DNA from: an uncultured Actinomycetota bacterium
Lineage (GTDB): Bacteria > Actinomycetota > Actinomycetes > JAHEKZ01
Direction: 5' to 3'
Assembly: GCA_963718235.1 (NCBI GenBank)
Contig: CAVQYR010000001.1
Coordinates: 96,001-160,000 of the forward strand
DNA: 64,000 nt
In this document: positions 31,047-42,487 of the stretch, piece by piece
Numbering within the stretch: the stretch's first letter is position 1
How the letters are laid out: each line of letters starts with the position of its first letter
Notes under the pieces: generated by a model
Database searches by the model: none
What the model was told of the DNA's origin: nothing
The model's input: the letters and a program-made list of their open reading frames with translations, nothing else
Position numbers and translations under genes: made by a program

Positions 31047-33338
31047 CTACTGCGCGGTGGGTGAGTCGTGGTCGAACAGGCGGGGGAACGTGGCCTCGCT
31101 CACCGCTCGAAGCTCAGCCAGCGGCAGGTCGAACAGCGACTGCACGTCGAGGGAGTCCCCGTCGACGACACCGATCCGGCGCAGCGGCACATGACGAGCG
31201 AGACACATGTCGCTGAACCGCACCTCCTCCGCGCGAGGCACCGTGACGACCACCCGACCCGACGACTCGCTGAACAGCGCAACGAACGGGTCGAGGTGGT
31301 CCGGCAGGAAGATCCGAGCTCCTCGACCGGAGCGCAGAGCCATCTCCACCAAGGTCTGCGCAAGCCCACCGACCGACACGTCGTGCGCCGCGCTGAGCAT
31401 CCCGTCGCGCGACCCCCCGACCAGGATCTCAGCCAGCTGTCGCTCGCGTGCGAAGTCGACGGCCGGCGGGCGACCCCCGAGATGACGGTGGACGACGTGC
31501 GCCCACTCGCTGCCGCCGAGCTCGTCACGCGTGTCGCCGACCAGCAGGACCACGTCGCCCTCATTCGCGAAGGCCATCGGTATGCGGCGCTCGACGTCGT
31601 CGATCACGCCGAGGACACCCACCACCGGTGTCGGCAGGATCGGAGAACCACCGGTCTGGTTGTAGAAGCTCACGTTGCCGCCGGTGACCGGGGTGCCGAG
31701 CTGCTGACACCCGTCGGCCAGCCCACGCACGGCCTCGGCGAACTGCCACATGACGGCGGGATCCTCCGGGGACCCGAAGTTCAGGCAGTCGGTGACCGCC
31801 AGCGGCCTGGCCCCGGTGGTGGCGACGTTGCGGTAGGCCTCGGCGAGCACGAGCTGGGCACCCAGGTAGGGGTCGAGCCGGCACCAGCGACCGTTCCCGT
31901 CGGTGGCGACGGCCACCCCGAGCCCGGACTCCTCGTCGATGCGGACCATGCCGGCGTCCTCGGGCTGGGCCAAGACCGTGTTCCCGATCACGTAGCGGTC
32001 GTACTGGTCGGTGACCCAGCACTTGGAGGCGAGGTTCGGTGAGGCGGCCATCGTCAGCACGGTCTCGCGCAGCTCGTCGGGTGTGGAGGGGCGGTGGCAC
32101 CGCTCCGCGGTGGGCTCGTCGGCCTGTCGGGCGTCCTGGTCGGCAGGGCGGGCGAGGGGTCGCTCGTAGACCGGCCCCTCGTGTGCGACGGTCCGCGGCG
32201 GGACGTCGACGATGCGCTCGCCGTGCCAGTCGATGGTCAACCGGCCCCCCTCGACGACCTCGCCGATGACGGTGGCCTCGACGTCCCACTTCTCGCAGAC
32301 GTCAAGGAACCCGGCGAGCTGCGCGGGTTGGACGACCGCGCACATGCGCTCCTGCGACTCGCTCATCAGGATCTCCTCGGGCGCGAGCGTGTGGTCACGC
32401 AGCGGTACCCGGTCGAGCCACACGTGCATGCCGCCGTCGCCGTTGCTCGCGAGCTCTGACGTCGCGCAGGAGATACCCGCACCACCGAGGTCCTGGATCC
32501 CGACGACGAGCTCGCCGGCGAACAGCTCCTGGCAGGCCTCGATCAGCACCTTCTCCGCAAACGGATCGCCGACCTGCACACTCGGGCGCTTGCTCGGGCC
32601 ACCCTCGTCGAACGTCTCGGAGGCAAGCACGCTCACCCCACCGATGCCGTCACCTCCCGTGCGGGCGCCGAAGAGAATGACGAGGTTGCCCCGCCCCGAC
32701 GCGTGTGCGGTCTGGATCCGCTCGTGCGGCACGACACCGACGCACAGGGCGTTGACCAGCGGGTTGCCCAGGTAGCTGTCGTCGAAGACGACCTCCCCAC
32801 CGATGTTCGGCAGACCCAGGCAGTTGCCGTAGCCGCCGATGCCGGCGACGACACCGGGGAGCACCCGAGCGGTGTCGGGCGCGTCGGCCGCACCGAACCG
32901 CAACGGGTCCATCACCGCGACCGGTCGGGCGCCCATTGACAGGATGTCGCGCACGATGCCACCCACGCCGGTGGCTGCGCCCTGGTAGGGCTCGACGTAG
33001 GACGGGTGGTTGTGGCTCTCGATCTTGAAGGTCACGGCCAGGCCTTGACCGACGTCGACCACGCCGGCGTTCTCCCCGATCCCGACGAGCAGGATGTCGG
33101 CTGCCTCGGCCGGAGCCTTGTCGCCGAACTGGCGCAGGTGCACCTTGCTCGACTTGTAGGAGCAGTGCTCGCTCCACATGACCGAGTACATCGCGAGCTC
33201 GGCCGACGTCGGCCGCCGACCGAGGATCTCCTTGATCCGGGCGTACTCGTCGCTCTTGAGCCCGAGCTCGGCGTAGGGCTGGACGACGTCGGGTGTCGAC
33301 TCCGCGTGCTTGACCGTGTCGGTGCCATGCAGCGTCAT
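31047..33338 (-). CDS. purL: FGAM synthase subunit PurL
   Basis: [40 protein letters not shown]. Confidence 0.97.
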   Translation of the reverse strand: MTLHGTDTVKHAESTPDVVQPYAELGLKSDEYARIKEILGRRPTSAELAMYSVMWSEHCSYKSSKVHLRQFGDKAPAEAADILLVGIGENAGVVDVGQGLAVTFKIESHNHPSYVEPYQGAATGVGGIVRDILSMGARPVAVMDPLRFGAADAPDTARVLPGVVAGIGGYGNCLGLPNIGGEVVFDDSYLGNPLVNALCVGVVPHERIQTAHASGRGNLVILFGARTGGDGIGGVSVLASETFDEGGPSKRPSVQVGDPFAEKVLIEACQELFAGELVVGIQDLGGAGISCATSELASNGDGGMHVWLDRVPLRDHTLAPEEILMSESQERMCAVVQPAQLAGFLDVCEKWDVEATVIGEVVEGGRLTIDWHGERIVDVPPRTVAHEGPVYERPLARPADQDARQADEPTAERCHRPSTPDELRETVLTMAASPNLASKCWVTDQYDRYVIGNTVLAQPEDAGMVRIDEESGLGVAVATDGNGRWCRLDPYLGAQLVLAEAYRNVATTGARPLAVTDCLNFGSPEDPAVMWQFAEAVRGLADGCQQLGTPVTGGNVSFYNQTGGSPILPTPVVGVLGVIDDVERRIPMAFANEGDVVLLVGDTRDELGGSEWAHVVHRHLGGRPPAVDFARERQLAEILVGGSRDGMLSAAHDVSVGGLAQTLVEMALRSGRGARIFLPDHLDPFVALFSESSGRVVVTVPRAEEVRFSDMCLARHVPLRRIGVVDGDSLDVQSLFDLPLAELRAVSEATFPRLFDHDSPTAQ

Positions 33339-34012
33339 GCGCTCACCAGCCCGTGCAGGATCGACGTGAAGAAGCCCAACCCGTCGGTGGTCGGGCCGGT
33401 GAGCGACTCGACCGCATGCTCAGGATGTGGCATCAACCCGACCACGTTGCCCCTGGCGTTGGTGATGCCCGCGATGTCGCGGTACGAGCCGTTCGGGTTG
33501 TCGTGCAGGTAGCGCGCCACCACCCGGCCCTCACCCTCGAGCCGGTCGAGCGTCGCTTCGTCGGCGACGTAGCCACCCTCACCGTTCTTCAGCGGGACCA
33601 GGATCTCCTGGCCCCTGTCGTACTGGGTGGTCCACGCGGTGTCCGCGTTCTCGATCCGCAGCCACTGGTCGCGGCAGACGAAACGGCGGACGTCGTTGCG
33701 GATGAGCGCGCCGGGCAGCAGGTGCGACTCGCACAGGATCTGGAACCCGTTGCAGATCCCGAGCACCGGCAGCCCTTCGGCAGCAGCATCGATGACGTTC
33801 TGCATCACGGGCGCGAAACGCGCGATGGCCCCACACCTGAGGTAGTCGCCGTAGGAGAAGCCACCGGGCAGAACAACGGCGTCGACGCCGTGCAGGTCGG
33901 CGTCGCCGTGCCACAGCGCCACCGGCTCGGCGCCGGCCACGCGAACCGCACGCTGGGCGTCTCGGTCGTCGAGCGACCCGGGAAAGGTGACGACACCGAT
34001 CCGTGCCGTCAT
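33335..34012 (-). CDS. purQ: FGAM synthase glutaminase subunit PurQ
   Basis: [27 protein letters not shown]. Confidence 0.97.
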   Translation of the reverse strand: MTARIGVVTFPGSLDDRDAQRAVRVAGAEPVALWHGDADLHGVDAVVLPGGFSYGDYLRCGAIARFAPVMQNVIDAAAEGLPVLGICNGFQILCESHLLPGALIRNDVRRFVCRDQWLRIENADTAWTTQYDRGQEILVPLKNGEGGYVADEATLDRLEGEGRVVARYLHDNPNGSYRDIAGITNARGNVVGLMPHPEHAVESLTGPTTDGLGFFTSILHGLVSA

Positions 34013-34251
34013 CCGGCGTCCTCGATCCGCACCTCGTAGTCCTCGATCACGGTGTTCGCCAGCAAGGTGGCGGCGATCTCCTGCACCGTGGACGCGTCAG
34101 CAGGCCCGTCGAAGTCGATCTCGAAGCGCTTGCCCTGCCGAACGCTGGTGACGCCGCTGACCCCCAGCCGGGCCAGAGCCCCTTGGACGGCCTGACCCTG
34201 GGGGTCGAGGATCTCGGGCTTGAGCATGACGTCGACGACGACGCGAGCCAC
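34009..34251 (-). CDS. purS: FGAM synthase subunit PurS
   Basis: [24 protein letters not shown]. Confidence 0.96.
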   Translation of the reverse strand: MARVVVDVMLKPEILDPQGQAVQGALARLGVSGVTSVRQGKRFEIDFDGPADASTVQEIAATLLANTVIEDYEVRIEDAG

Positions 34252-34331
34252 GAAGGTCTCCCTGGTCGAGGGGCTGGATCGTTCGGCGGGAAGGCGCCAC
34301 CAGTCTACTGACGCCTGGCACGATGCCGAGC

Positions 34332-34802
34332 ATGGGCAGCGCGGCGTACGACCGGGTCATGGGCCTGGTCCTCAGCACCACGACCCAGGTCCATCGGGTG
34401 GTCCATGCGGTGTCCGGGGGACGCTGGGCCCGGCGGTTCCCCGGCGGTGCCGTGGTGGTGTGGCTGACCCTTCCCGGACGCCGCTCGGGCCAGCCGAGGA
34501 CCACCCCACTGCTGTCGACCAGGGACGACGCGAGCGGGGCCTGGGTCGTGGCCGGATCCAACGCCGGCCAAGCCAGTGTTCCGGCCTGGGTGCTCAACGC
34601 GCGGGCGACGACGACCGGCCGGCTCGAGGTGGACGGCCAGTCCTTCGCCGTCACGGTGACCGAGGTGACCGACCCGGCGGACCGGGCTGGCTGCTACGCC
34701 CAGCTGGTCGAGGTCTGGCGGTGGTTCGACGGCTACGCGCGCCGGACGGCCGACGTCCGGCAGATCCCGGTCTTCCGCCTCACCCCGAACCCCCCAAGTT
34801 GA
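34332..34802 (+). CDS. F420H2-dependent nitroreductase (Ddn-like)
   Basis: GRRSGQPRTTPL, GSNAG..PAWVLN, YARRT..RQIPVFRL; the stop codon lies inside repeat copy 2. Confidence 0.85.
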   Translation: MGSAAYDRVMGLVLSTTTQVHRVVHAVSGGRWARRFPGGAVVVWLTLPGRRSGQPRTTPLLSTRDDASGAWVVAGSNAGQASVPAWVLNARATTTGRLEVDGQSFAVTVTEVTDPADRAGCYAQLVEVWRWFDGYARRTADVRQIPVFRLTPNPPS

Positions 34803-34862
34803 TCTTGGACTTGATGTGCAGGCTCGACGGCTGTGGACCCCATCTTCTGCATGATCAACTTG
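34795..34862. repeat. 68-bp palindromic dispersed repeat, copy 2
   Basis: CAAGTTGATCTTG...CATGATCAACTTG terminal inverted repeat (12/13 pairs). Confidence 0.85.
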
Positions 34863-34885
34863 GAGGAGGTGCCGGGGGGACGGGA

Positions 34886-35863
34886 TCAGCTGGGTGGGTG
34901 GGCCTGCCAGGCGGTCCAGGCGCTGCTCACCATGTCGGCCAGGTCGAACCGGGCCGACCAGCCCAGCTCGGCGGTGATCTTGTCGGCGGAGGCCACCAGC
35001 TCGGCCGGGTCTCCCGCCCGCCGACCCACCACGTCGACGTCGAACTCCTGTCCGGTCACCTCGCGCACGGCGTCGATGACCTCCTTGACCGACACTCCCT
35101 CGCCGCGCCCGACGTTGAAGACAGCACCGACGTTCGTACCAGCCGGCTTCCGCTCGACCAGGTCGACCGCTGCGACGTGCGCGTCGGCCAGGTCGGTGAC
35201 GTGGATGTAGTCGCGCACGCACGAGCCGTCAGGCGTCGGGTAGTCGTCGCCGAACACCTGCGGGTTCTTGCCCTGGGACAGTGCGCGGAACACCATCGGG
35301 ATCAAGTTGAAGACGCCGGAGTCGCCGAGCTCGGGAGTGGCTGCCCCGGCCACGTTGAAGTACCGCAGCGACACCCAGTCGAGGCCCTGCGCAGCTGCGA
35401 CGTCGTTGAGCAACCACTCACCGACCAGCTTGGTCTCGCCGTACGGGTTCACCGGACGGCAGTGGTACTCCTCGGTCAGCCGATCGACATCGGGCATGCC
35501 GAACGTCGCGGCGGACGACGAGTAGACCATCGTCTTGACCCCTGCGTCGTCCATGGCCTCGAGCAGCGACAGCATCCCGTCGACGTTCTCGCGAAAGTAG
35601 TACAGGGGGCGCTCGACCGACTCGCCAACCGCTTTCTTAGCCGCCGTGTGCACCACCCCGGTGACCGAATGCTCGCGCAGTGCCTTCTCGACCGCCGCCC
35701 GGTCGAGCACCGAGGCCTCGACCAACGGCACGCCCTGCGGGACCTTGCGGGCCTCACCCGTCGACAGGTCGTCGAGGACGACGACCCGGTGCCCCTGCTG
35801 CTGAAGGGACTGCACGATGTGCGCCCCGATGTACCCGGCGCCGCCGGTCACCATCCATGTCAT
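34886..35863 (-). CDS. galE: UDP-glucose 4-epimerase
   Basis: VTGGAGYIG, YSSSAA, PYGETK, LRYFNVAG, RDYIHV. Confidence 0.92.
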   Translation of the reverse strand: MTWMVTGGAGYIGAHIVQSLQQQGHRVVVLDDLSTGEARKVPQGVPLVEASVLDRAAVEKALREHSVTGVVHTAAKKAVGESVERPLYYFRENVDGMLSLLEAMDDAGVKTMVYSSSAATFGMPDVDRLTEEYHCRPVNPYGETKLVGEWLLNDVAAAQGLDWVSLRYFNVAGAATPELGDSGVFNLIPMVFRALSQGKNPQVFGDDYPTPDGSCVRDYIHVTDLADAHVAAVDLVERKPAGTNVGAVFNVGRGEGVSVKEVIDAVREVTGQEFDVDVVGRRAGDPAELVASADKITAELGWSARFDLADMVSSAWTAWQAHPPS

Positions 35864-35891
35864 GGACCCAAAGTACCGCCCGGGCAAGGGC

Positions 35892-36317
35892 TCAGACGAC
35901 CAGGGCGTGGTAGTCGTAGCCGGTCAGCCGAAGGGGCACGATACGGAACACGGCGCCCTCGAACGGCGTCTGGGGGTCGCGCCCTTCGTAACGCTGGAGG
36001 ATCCGTCGGTGCAGGGCCTCGACGTCGACTCCTTCGGCCACGGGATCGACCAGCTCGACGGCCTCGCCGCGTACCGACACGTACCTCTCGTGGTCGTTCT
36101 CGGCCATCACGACGGCCGCGACCTGGGGACGGGCGCGCATGTCCTGGGCCTTGGCCGCTGTGCCGTCCGTGGTGAAGAGCAATCCACCCTCGTCGGTCAC
36201 GAACCACACGGGTGCAACCACCGGGCCGCTGTCGCCGCGCAGGGTGGCCAGCACCAGGAAGGCCCGGGTCGAGTCGTCGAACAGGTCCTCGAAACCCTCG
36301 GGCACCTGCACGCTCAT
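35892..36317 (-). CDS. PPOX-class (F420-dependent / pyridoxamine 5'-phosphate oxidase-like) protein
   Basis: [36 protein letters not shown]; ATGA overlap with purC. Confidence 0.82.
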   Translation of the reverse strand: MSVQVPEGFEDLFDDSTRAFLVLATLRGDSGPVVAPVWFVTDEGGLLFTTDGTAAKAQDMRARPQVAAVVMAENDHERYVSVRGEAVELVDPVAEGVDVEALHRRILQRYEGRDPQTPFEGAVFRIVPLRLTGYDYHALVV

Positions 36318-37210
36318 CGCACCTGGTCGAAGCGCTCGCCGGTCAGACGCTCGTACGCCTCCACGTACTTGGCCCGAGTCTGCTCGACCACGTCGTCGGG
36401 CAGCGGCGGGGGCGGGTCTCCGGAGTCCCTCGACCAGCCGGACGCCGGCGACGTCAGCCAGTCGCGCACGAACTGCTTGTCGAACGACGGCTGTGTGCGT
36501 CCCGGCTGCCACTCGGCCGCGGGCCAGAACCGTGAGGAGTCCGGCGTCAGCACCTCATCGGCCAGGACCATGGCCCCGGACGCCGGGTCACGCCCGAACT
36601 CCAGCTTCGTGTCCGCCACGATGATCCCGCGCTCGCGCGCCAGCTCGTCGCCACGGGCATAGACCCGAAGGGTGAGCTCGCGCAGCAGCTCGGCGTCGTC
36701 GGCGCCGACAGTCGCCGCCACCGTCTCGTACGAGACGTTCTCGTCGTGCTCTCCGAGCTCGGCCTTGGTGGCGGGAGTGAAGATCGGCTGCGGCAGGCGG
36801 GAGCCGTCCTGCAGGCCCTGAGGCAGCTCGATGCCGCACACGGAACCCACCGCGCGGTAGTCGACCAGCCCCGAGCCGGCCAGGTACCCGCGAGCCACGC
36901 ACTCGACAGGAAGCATCGTGAGCGGTCGCGTAACCATCGCGCGGCCGGCCACCTCCTCCGGCACGTCGGTGGAGACCAGGTGGTTCTCGACGACGTCGGC
37001 GAGCTGGTCGAACCACCAAAGGGAAAGCGCAGTCAGGATACGGCCCTTGTCCGGAATCGTGGTTGGAAGCACCCAGTCGTAGGCGGACATCCGATCGCTG
37101 GCCACGAACAGCAGTCGCCCGTCGGGATAGCGGTAAAGGTCGCGCACCTTGCCCGAGTAGGCGTGGGTCAGCCCTTCGATCACCGGTGCGACCGGGACGT
37201 TGGGGATCAC
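36314..37210 (-). CDS. purC: SAICAR synthase
   Basis: [43 protein letters not shown]. Confidence 0.97.
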   Translation of the reverse strand: MIPNVPVAPVIEGLTHAYSGKVRDLYRYPDGRLLFVASDRMSAYDWVLPTTIPDKGRILTALSLWWFDQLADVVENHLVSTDVPEEVAGRAMVTRPLTMLPVECVARGYLAGSGLVDYRAVGSVCGIELPQGLQDGSRLPQPIFTPATKAELGEHDENVSYETVAATVGADDAELLRELTLRVYARGDELARERGIIVADTKLEFGRDPASGAMVLADEVLTPDSSRFWPAAEWQPGRTQPSFDKQFVRDWLTSPASGWSRDSGDPPPPLPDDVVEQTRAKYVEAYERLTGERFDQVR

Positions 37211-38637
37211 AGGATCGAGCCAGGCACGTAGGTAGCCGCCTCCGGATGACGCTGCACCACCTCGTCGACCTGCTTCGCGATCGCGGCAACCTGTGCCGTC
37301 GCGGCACCGGTGAAGCTCAGCGGCTCAGCCAAGAGACCGTCGAGCTGGTCTCGCGTGAGACCGAGCCGCTGGTCGGCCGCCAGGCGGTCGAGCAGGTCGT
37401 TGCGCTCGCTCCCCTGCTCGCGCATCTCCAGTGCTACGGCCACGGCGTGCTCCTTGATCACCTCGTGCGCCGTCTCTCGTCCGACTCCGTTGCGCACCGC
37501 AGCCATCAGCACCTTGGTCGTCGCCAGGAACGGTAGGTACCGGTCGAGCTCGCGCCGCACGACCGCCGGGAACACCCCGAACTCGTCGAGCACGGTCAGG
37601 AACGTCTCGAACAGTCCGTCAACCGTGAAGAACGCGTCGGGCAGAGCCACCCGGCGGACGACTGAGCAGGCGACGTCACCCTCGTTCCACTGGTTTCCGG
37701 CGAGCTCTCCGACCATCGACGCATAGCCGCGCAGAAGCACGGTGAAGCCATTCACCCGCTCGCAGGAGCGGGTGTTCATCTTGTGCGGCATCGCGCTGGA
37801 GCCGACCTGACCGGGTGTGAAGCCCTCGGTGACGAGCTCGTTGCCGGCCATCAGCCGAATCGTCGTCGCCAGGGATGACGGTCCGGCCGCAACCTGCACC
37901 AACGCCGTCAGCACGTCGTAGTCGAGCGAACGTGGGTACACCTGCCCGACGCTGGTGAGCACGTGGGCGAACCCGAGGTGAGCGGCGATCCGCTGCTCGA
38001 GCTGGGCCAGCCGCTCTTCGTCTCCGTCGAGCAGGTCGAGCATGTCCTGTCCGGTGCCAACCGGACCCTTGATGCCCCGCGAGGGGTACCGGGCGATCAG
38101 CTCCTCCAGACGCTCGTAGGCAACCAGCAGCTCGTCAGCGGCGCTGGCGAACCGCTTGCCGAGGGTGGTGGCCTGGGCCGCGACGTTGTGCGAGCGCCCG
38201 GCCATGACCAGGTCTGAGTGCCCGACGGCCAGGCTCGCGAGGCGGGCCAGGGTAGCGACCACCTTGTCGCGCGTCATCCGCAGCGAGTGCAGCACCTGCA
38301 GCTGCTCGACGTTCTCGGTCAGGTCGCGGCTCGTCATCCCCTTGTGCACGTGCTCGTGGCCGGCAAGCTCGGAGAACTCCTCGATCCGCGCCTTCACGTC
38401 GTGCCGAGTGACGGCCTCCCGGCGGGCGACGGACTCCAGGTTGACGTCGTCGACAACGACCTCGTAGTCCTCGATCACCCCGTCCGGGATCGGAACGCCG
38501 AGGTCGCGCTGTGCCCGCAGCACCGCCAGCCAGAGCTGTCGCTCCAGAACCACCTTGCGTGCCGGCGACCACAGCGCTGTCATGGCGGCCGAGGCGTAGC
38601 GATGGGCCAGGACGTCGGGGATCAAGGGCTTGCTCAC
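37207..38637 (-). CDS. purB: Adenylosuccinate lyase
   Basis: [24 protein letters not shown]. Confidence 0.97.
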   Translation of the reverse strand: MSKPLIPDVLAHRYASAAMTALWSPARKVVLERQLWLAVLRAQRDLGVPIPDGVIEDYEVVVDDVNLESVARREAVTRHDVKARIEEFSELAGHEHVHKGMTSRDLTENVEQLQVLHSLRMTRDKVVATLARLASLAVGHSDLVMAGRSHNVAAQATTLGKRFASAADELLVAYERLEELIARYPSRGIKGPVGTGQDMLDLLDGDEERLAQLEQRIAAHLGFAHVLTSVGQVYPRSLDYDVLTALVQVAAGPSSLATTIRLMAGNELVTEGFTPGQVGSSAMPHKMNTRSCERVNGFTVLLRGYASMVGELAGNQWNEGDVACSVVRRVALPDAFFTVDGLFETFLTVLDEFGVFPAVVRRELDRYLPFLATTKVLMAAVRNGVGRETAHEVIKEHAVAVALEMREQGSERNDLLDRLAADQRLGLTRDQLDGLLAEPLSFTGAATAQVAAIAKQVDEVVQRHPEAATYVPGSIL

Positions 38638-38668
38638 CGTGGCATTCTCCCCTATCGCCAGGCGGCCG

Positions 38669-40084
38669 TCAGGTGCGGGCGAGAACCTCGCGAGCTGCGT
38701 GCCACCCACCCATGCCGTGCACACCGCCTCCCGGTGGGGTCGAGGACGAGCACAAGTACAGGCCGGGAACCGGGGTCACCCACGGCGACCGGGTCAGCAC
38801 CGGCCGAGCGATGAACTGCCGCCAGTCGGACGCGCCCCCGGCGATGTCCCCTCCGACCTCGTTGGCGTTGTGCGCCTCCAGGGCCGCGGTGTCCATGGTG
38901 TGGCGGGCCAGGATCCGGTCGCGGAAGCCAGGCGCGAACCGCTCGATCTGCGCCTCGATCCGGTCGGTCATGTCGACTCTCGAACCGTGCGGCACATGGC
39001 AGTACGCCCAGCCGGTGTGCTTGCCCTCGGGCGCCCGCGTCGGGTCCGCCCCCGTCGCCTGGACGAACAGCACGAACGGCCGTTCCGCATGCTTGCCCGC
39101 TGCCGCCAGCCGCTCGCTGGAGGCCACCTCGGCGGCCGTCCCGCAGACGTGGACGGTGCCAGCATCAGCCAGCCGCGAGTCGGTCCAGGGCACGGGGGCG
39201 TCGAGCGCCCAGTCGACCTTGAACACCCCGGGGCCGTAGCGGAAGCCGGCCAGCCGGTCGCGGTAGCGCGTCGGAAGAACGTCACCGGCGACGTCGACGA
39301 CCTGCCTGGGGGTCAGGTCCAAGACGATGCTGGACGACGGCGGCAGCTCACTCAGGGAGGCGACGCGACGGTCGGTCTCGATCTCACCGCCCAGGGAACG
39401 AAGTCTCGCGACGAGCGCATCGGCGATGCTCTGGGAGCCGCCGACAGCGACCGGCCAGCCGACCACGTGCGCCAGGGCGCCGAGAAGCAACCCGAACCCA
39501 GCCGTGGTGAGCGAGGTGAGCGACAGCATCGAGTGCGCGGCGAGGCCCGAGAACAGCGCGCGCGCCGGCGGCTCGCGAAACGCCACCTTGTCGACCCAAC
39601 CCGACGGCCAGGCACCCACCGCACCGTAGGCGGCAAGAGCCAGTGGAGCCTTGGGTGGGAACTCCAGCGGTGAGAGCAGCCCGTCGACCAGCGGTTCGCC
39701 GAGCCCGGCCACACCCCCGACGATGCGTCGCCACGCGGCGCCGTCGCGGCCAAGACCGGCTGCGGTCTCGGCTACATCGCGCCACAGGAGTGCGGTGGTC
39801 TGCTGGTCGACCGGGTGTCCGAGCGGAACACCCGGCTGGGCGAAGGCCAGGCCCTCGCGGGACAGGTCGAGCGTGCGAAACGCCGGAGAGGCCATAGCCA
39901 ACGGGTGCACCGAGGAACAGACGTCGTGGCGAAAGCCGGGGAGGGTCAGCTCCTCGGTACGGACCCCACCGCCGACCTGCGAGGCGGCCTCGAGCACCAG
40001 CACCCTCTGACCGGCCTCGGCCAGCCGGACGGCGGCCACCAGCCCGTTGGGACCGGAGCCGACCACGATGGTGTCCGGGTTCAT
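38669..40084 (-). CDS. Phytoene-desaturase-like FAD-dependent oxidoreductase
   Basis: VGSGPNGL, HDVCSSVHP, FKVDWAL, STPPGGGVHGMGG. Confidence 0.88.
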   Translation of the reverse strand: MNPDTIVVGSGPNGLVAAVRLAEAGQRVLVLEAASQVGGGVRTEELTLPGFRHDVCSSVHPLAMASPAFRTLDLSREGLAFAQPGVPLGHPVDQQTTALLWRDVAETAAGLGRDGAAWRRIVGGVAGLGEPLVDGLLSPLEFPPKAPLALAAYGAVGAWPSGWVDKVAFREPPARALFSGLAAHSMLSLTSLTTAGFGLLLGALAHVVGWPVAVGGSQSIADALVARLRSLGGEIETDRRVASLSELPPSSSIVLDLTPRQVVDVAGDVLPTRYRDRLAGFRYGPGVFKVDWALDAPVPWTDSRLADAGTVHVCGTAAEVASSERLAAAGKHAERPFVLFVQATGADPTRAPEGKHTGWAYCHVPHGSRVDMTDRIEAQIERFAPGFRDRILARHTMDTAALEAHNANEVGGDIAGGASDWRQFIARPVLTRSPWVTPVPGLYLCSSSTPPGGGVHGMGGWHAAREVLART

Positions 40085-40133
40085 GCGCCCAGCCTGCCGG
40101 TCGGTCGCCCCCGCCTCGGCGCTGGGGGGTCAC

Positions 40134-41306
40134 TCATCGGGCACGCAGCCACAAGGAGGTGTGCTCGGGCACCACCGTCGTCTCGACCACCTGCAGCAAG
40201 TCCTTGGTCACGACGTCGGGATCGACCTCGTCGCGCAGCCGGCTCGCGAACGCGTCCACGGTGTGCTCGGCGTCGTAGCGGGCCCGGTTGAACCGGTGGT
40301 CGACGGCGGACCGCACCCGCGAGAGCAGCGGCCGGAAGAGCGCCGCTGCGCACAGTGTGGCTGCGGCAACCGCCAGGGCACCGGACTCAGGCAGCAGCTG
40401 CGGAACAGTCCAGACGACAACCACGTAGACCAGCAGAAGAATCCCCGTCACGAGCACGTAGGAGGTCGTACGACTGATGATCCGGTCGATCTCGTAGAGG
40501 CGGAAGCGCAGGATCGCCACACCGACCGCCGCAGGAAGCAGCGACAGCGCCACCGCCCAGCCCAACGTCCCCAGCAACGTCGTGTCGGCCAACCAAGGAA
40601 GGGTAAGCAGAACGAGCATGATGGCCAGGAGGGCCACCGCAAAGGCCACCCAGCGGAACTGCACCTTCTCCACTCCGCGTGCGCGGCGGGCCCTGACTAC
40701 CACCGACGTAGCGGCAAGGACGGCAGTGACCGCAACTCCCAGCAGTGCGAGGTTCCGCAGCAGCCAGTCATCGGACGGACCGGCATCGGCCAGGAATCCC
40801 GGCGCGAGCGGGTTGGCGACCGTCATCGCTGGGGTCTGGAACTGCAGCACCGGCGACACGATCCCGCAGAGGGCGGCGAAGCCGGCGAAGACCACAGTCG
40901 CCACTCCCACCCATCGCCAGCGAACGGAAGCGAAGCCAGAGGGGAACACCAGAAGCGGCAAGGTCGTGCTCATCACGAGCAGCAGCGGCCAGATCCAGTT
41001 GGTCATCCAGGCCCCCGTCCAGCCCCACCACGACGTCAGGTTGCCGGTCTCCACCGCCCGCGCGACGGCGAAGTCAGCGAGCCCGAACAGTCCGAACAGA
41101 CCCCAGGAGCCCAGGAAGAGCCAGCCCTCGGCGTTCTCCGGACGGCGAGTCGTGAGCAGCCACCCAACCGTCGCGAACGTCAGGTACGGCAACAGGTAGA
41201 GGAGCTGAGCACTCCACGGCTTGGCCAGTCCGAGGGCCACACCGAGCAACCCCACCACGATCAACACCCACCGCAGCGCGGTCAGCCAACGTTCGCTCAG
41301 CTTCAC
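40134..41306 (-). CDS. Multi-TM sensor-like protein, array copy R8 (ends in an N-terminal GAF fragment)
   Basis: RRPENAEGW, FPSG..RWR, ILRFRLYEIDRIISRT, DHRFNRARYDA..RLRDEVD..TTVVPEHTSLWLRAR*; GTGA overlap with R7. Confidence 0.88.
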   Translation of the reverse strand: MKLSERWLTALRWVLIVVGLLGVALGLAKPWSAQLLYLLPYLTFATVGWLLTTRRPENAEGWLFLGSWGLFGLFGLADFAVARAVETGNLTSWWGWTGAWMTNWIWPLLLVMSTTLPLLVFPSGFASVRWRWVGVATVVFAGFAALCGIVSPVLQFQTPAMTVANPLAPGFLADAGPSDDWLLRNLALLGVAVTAVLAATSVVVRARRARGVEKVQFRWVAFAVALLAIMLVLLTLPWLADTTLLGTLGWAVALSLLPAAVGVAILRFRLYEIDRIISRTTSYVLVTGILLLVYVVVVWTVPQLLPESGALAVAAATLCAAALFRPLLSRVRSAVDHRFNRARYDAEHTVDAFASRLRDEVDPDVVTKDLLQVVETTVVPEHTSLWLRAR

Positions 41307-42487
41307 GAAGGTCCCCCCAACCACAGGTAGGTCCGGTTCGGCGCGACTGTCCGATCGACGACCTGCAGCAACTCCGTGGACACCCGCTCCGGATCGACTT
41401 CGTCGCGCAGCCGGTTGGCGAACGTCTCCACCGCCCGGTCGGCGTCATAGCGCGACCGGTTGAACCGATGATCGACGGCAGACCTGACCCGGGAGAGCAG
41501 TGGTCGGAACGCCGCGGCCGCTGCCAGGGTGGCAGCCGCCACTGCGAGTCCGTCGCTGGCCGCAGGCAGTGCCTGACTCACGGCGGCCACCACGACCACG
41601 TACACGACCACGACCAGACCGGTCACGACCGCGTAGGACGTCGTGCGGCTGATGATCCGGTCGATCTCGTACAGCCGGTACCGAAGGATCGCGATGCCGC
41701 ACGAGACCGGAACCAGGGTGACTACGACCGCGAACGCCACGTCGCCGAGCCGCGAGTCGCTGAACGCCGGGAACAACGCCTCCAGCACAAGCTCTGCGGG
41801 CAGCAGCGAGACGGCGAAGGCGAACCAGCGCATCTGCTGACGCTCGATGCCGACGGCACGTCGGCTCCTCACGAAGGCCGAGACCACCGCCGCGAGCCCG
41901 CACAACAGGAACACCAGTCCGACCAGAGCGAACGCCGTCGAGCTCTCGACGTCGCCCGCGTCGGCCATGAAGCCTGGCGACCACGGGTTGGCTACCGTTC
42001 GCTCGGGGGTGCAGTCACCAGAGGTGTCCCCGAGGCACAGGGTGGGCTGGAGGATCGACATCACCACCACGCCGACGGTCGAGGCAACGGCCAGCCACAG
42101 CACCGGACGCCAGCGTGGAGAAGGAAGTCCGGACGGGTACAGCAGCACGGTGAACGTTGTCATGAGAGCGAGCAGCGGGTACCAGTACCAGGAAGCGACG
42201 CCCGCGCCGGCGATCGCCCACCCGGACGGCGACGAGTCGTCAACGCCGGTCGACGCTGCCACCTCTGCCATGGAGCCGAGGCCCGTGAGGCCGCCCACGC
42301 CGAGGAACACCCAGCCGATCGGGTTCTCCGGGCGACGGGATGCCACCACAGCTCCGACCACCGTGTACGCGAGAACGGGCAGGAGGACCGCCTGGTTGTT
42401 GGCCTCCAGGCCGGAGGCGAGTCTGAGACCCGTGCCCACAGCGAAACTGGCGAGGAGCGTCCACCACAGGATCCGGTGACGGTTCAT
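41303..42487 (-). CDS. Multi-TM sensor-like protein, array copy R7
   Basis: RRPENPIGW, LRYRLYEIDRIISRT, RLRDEVDP..RTVAPNRTYLWL; ATGA overlap with R6. Confidence 0.88.
   Translation of the reverse strand: MNRHRILWWTLLASFAVGTGLRLASGLEANNQAVLLPVLAYTVVGAVVASRRPENPIGWVFLGVGGLTGLGSMAEVAASTGVDDSSPSGWAIAGAGVASWYWYPLLALMTTFTVLLYPSGLPSPRWRPVLWLAVASTVGVVVMSILQPTLCLGDTSGDCTPERTVANPWSPGFMADAGDVESSTAFALVGLVFLLCGLAAVVSAFVRSRRAVGIERQQMRWFAFAVSLLPAELVLEALFPAFSDSRLGDVAFAVVVTLVPVSCGIAILRYRLYEIDRIISRTTSYAVVTGLVVVVYVVVVAAVSQALPAASDGLAVAAATLAAAAAFRPLLSRVRSAVDHRFNRSRYDADRAVETFANRLRDEVDPERVSTELLQVVDRTVAPNRTYLWLGGPS

Noticed and set aside
34252-34320. Purine or ZTP riboswitch upstream of pur genes
   Set aside because: The upstream regions of purS, purF, purB, purD and purA are short or leaderless and show no such consensus.
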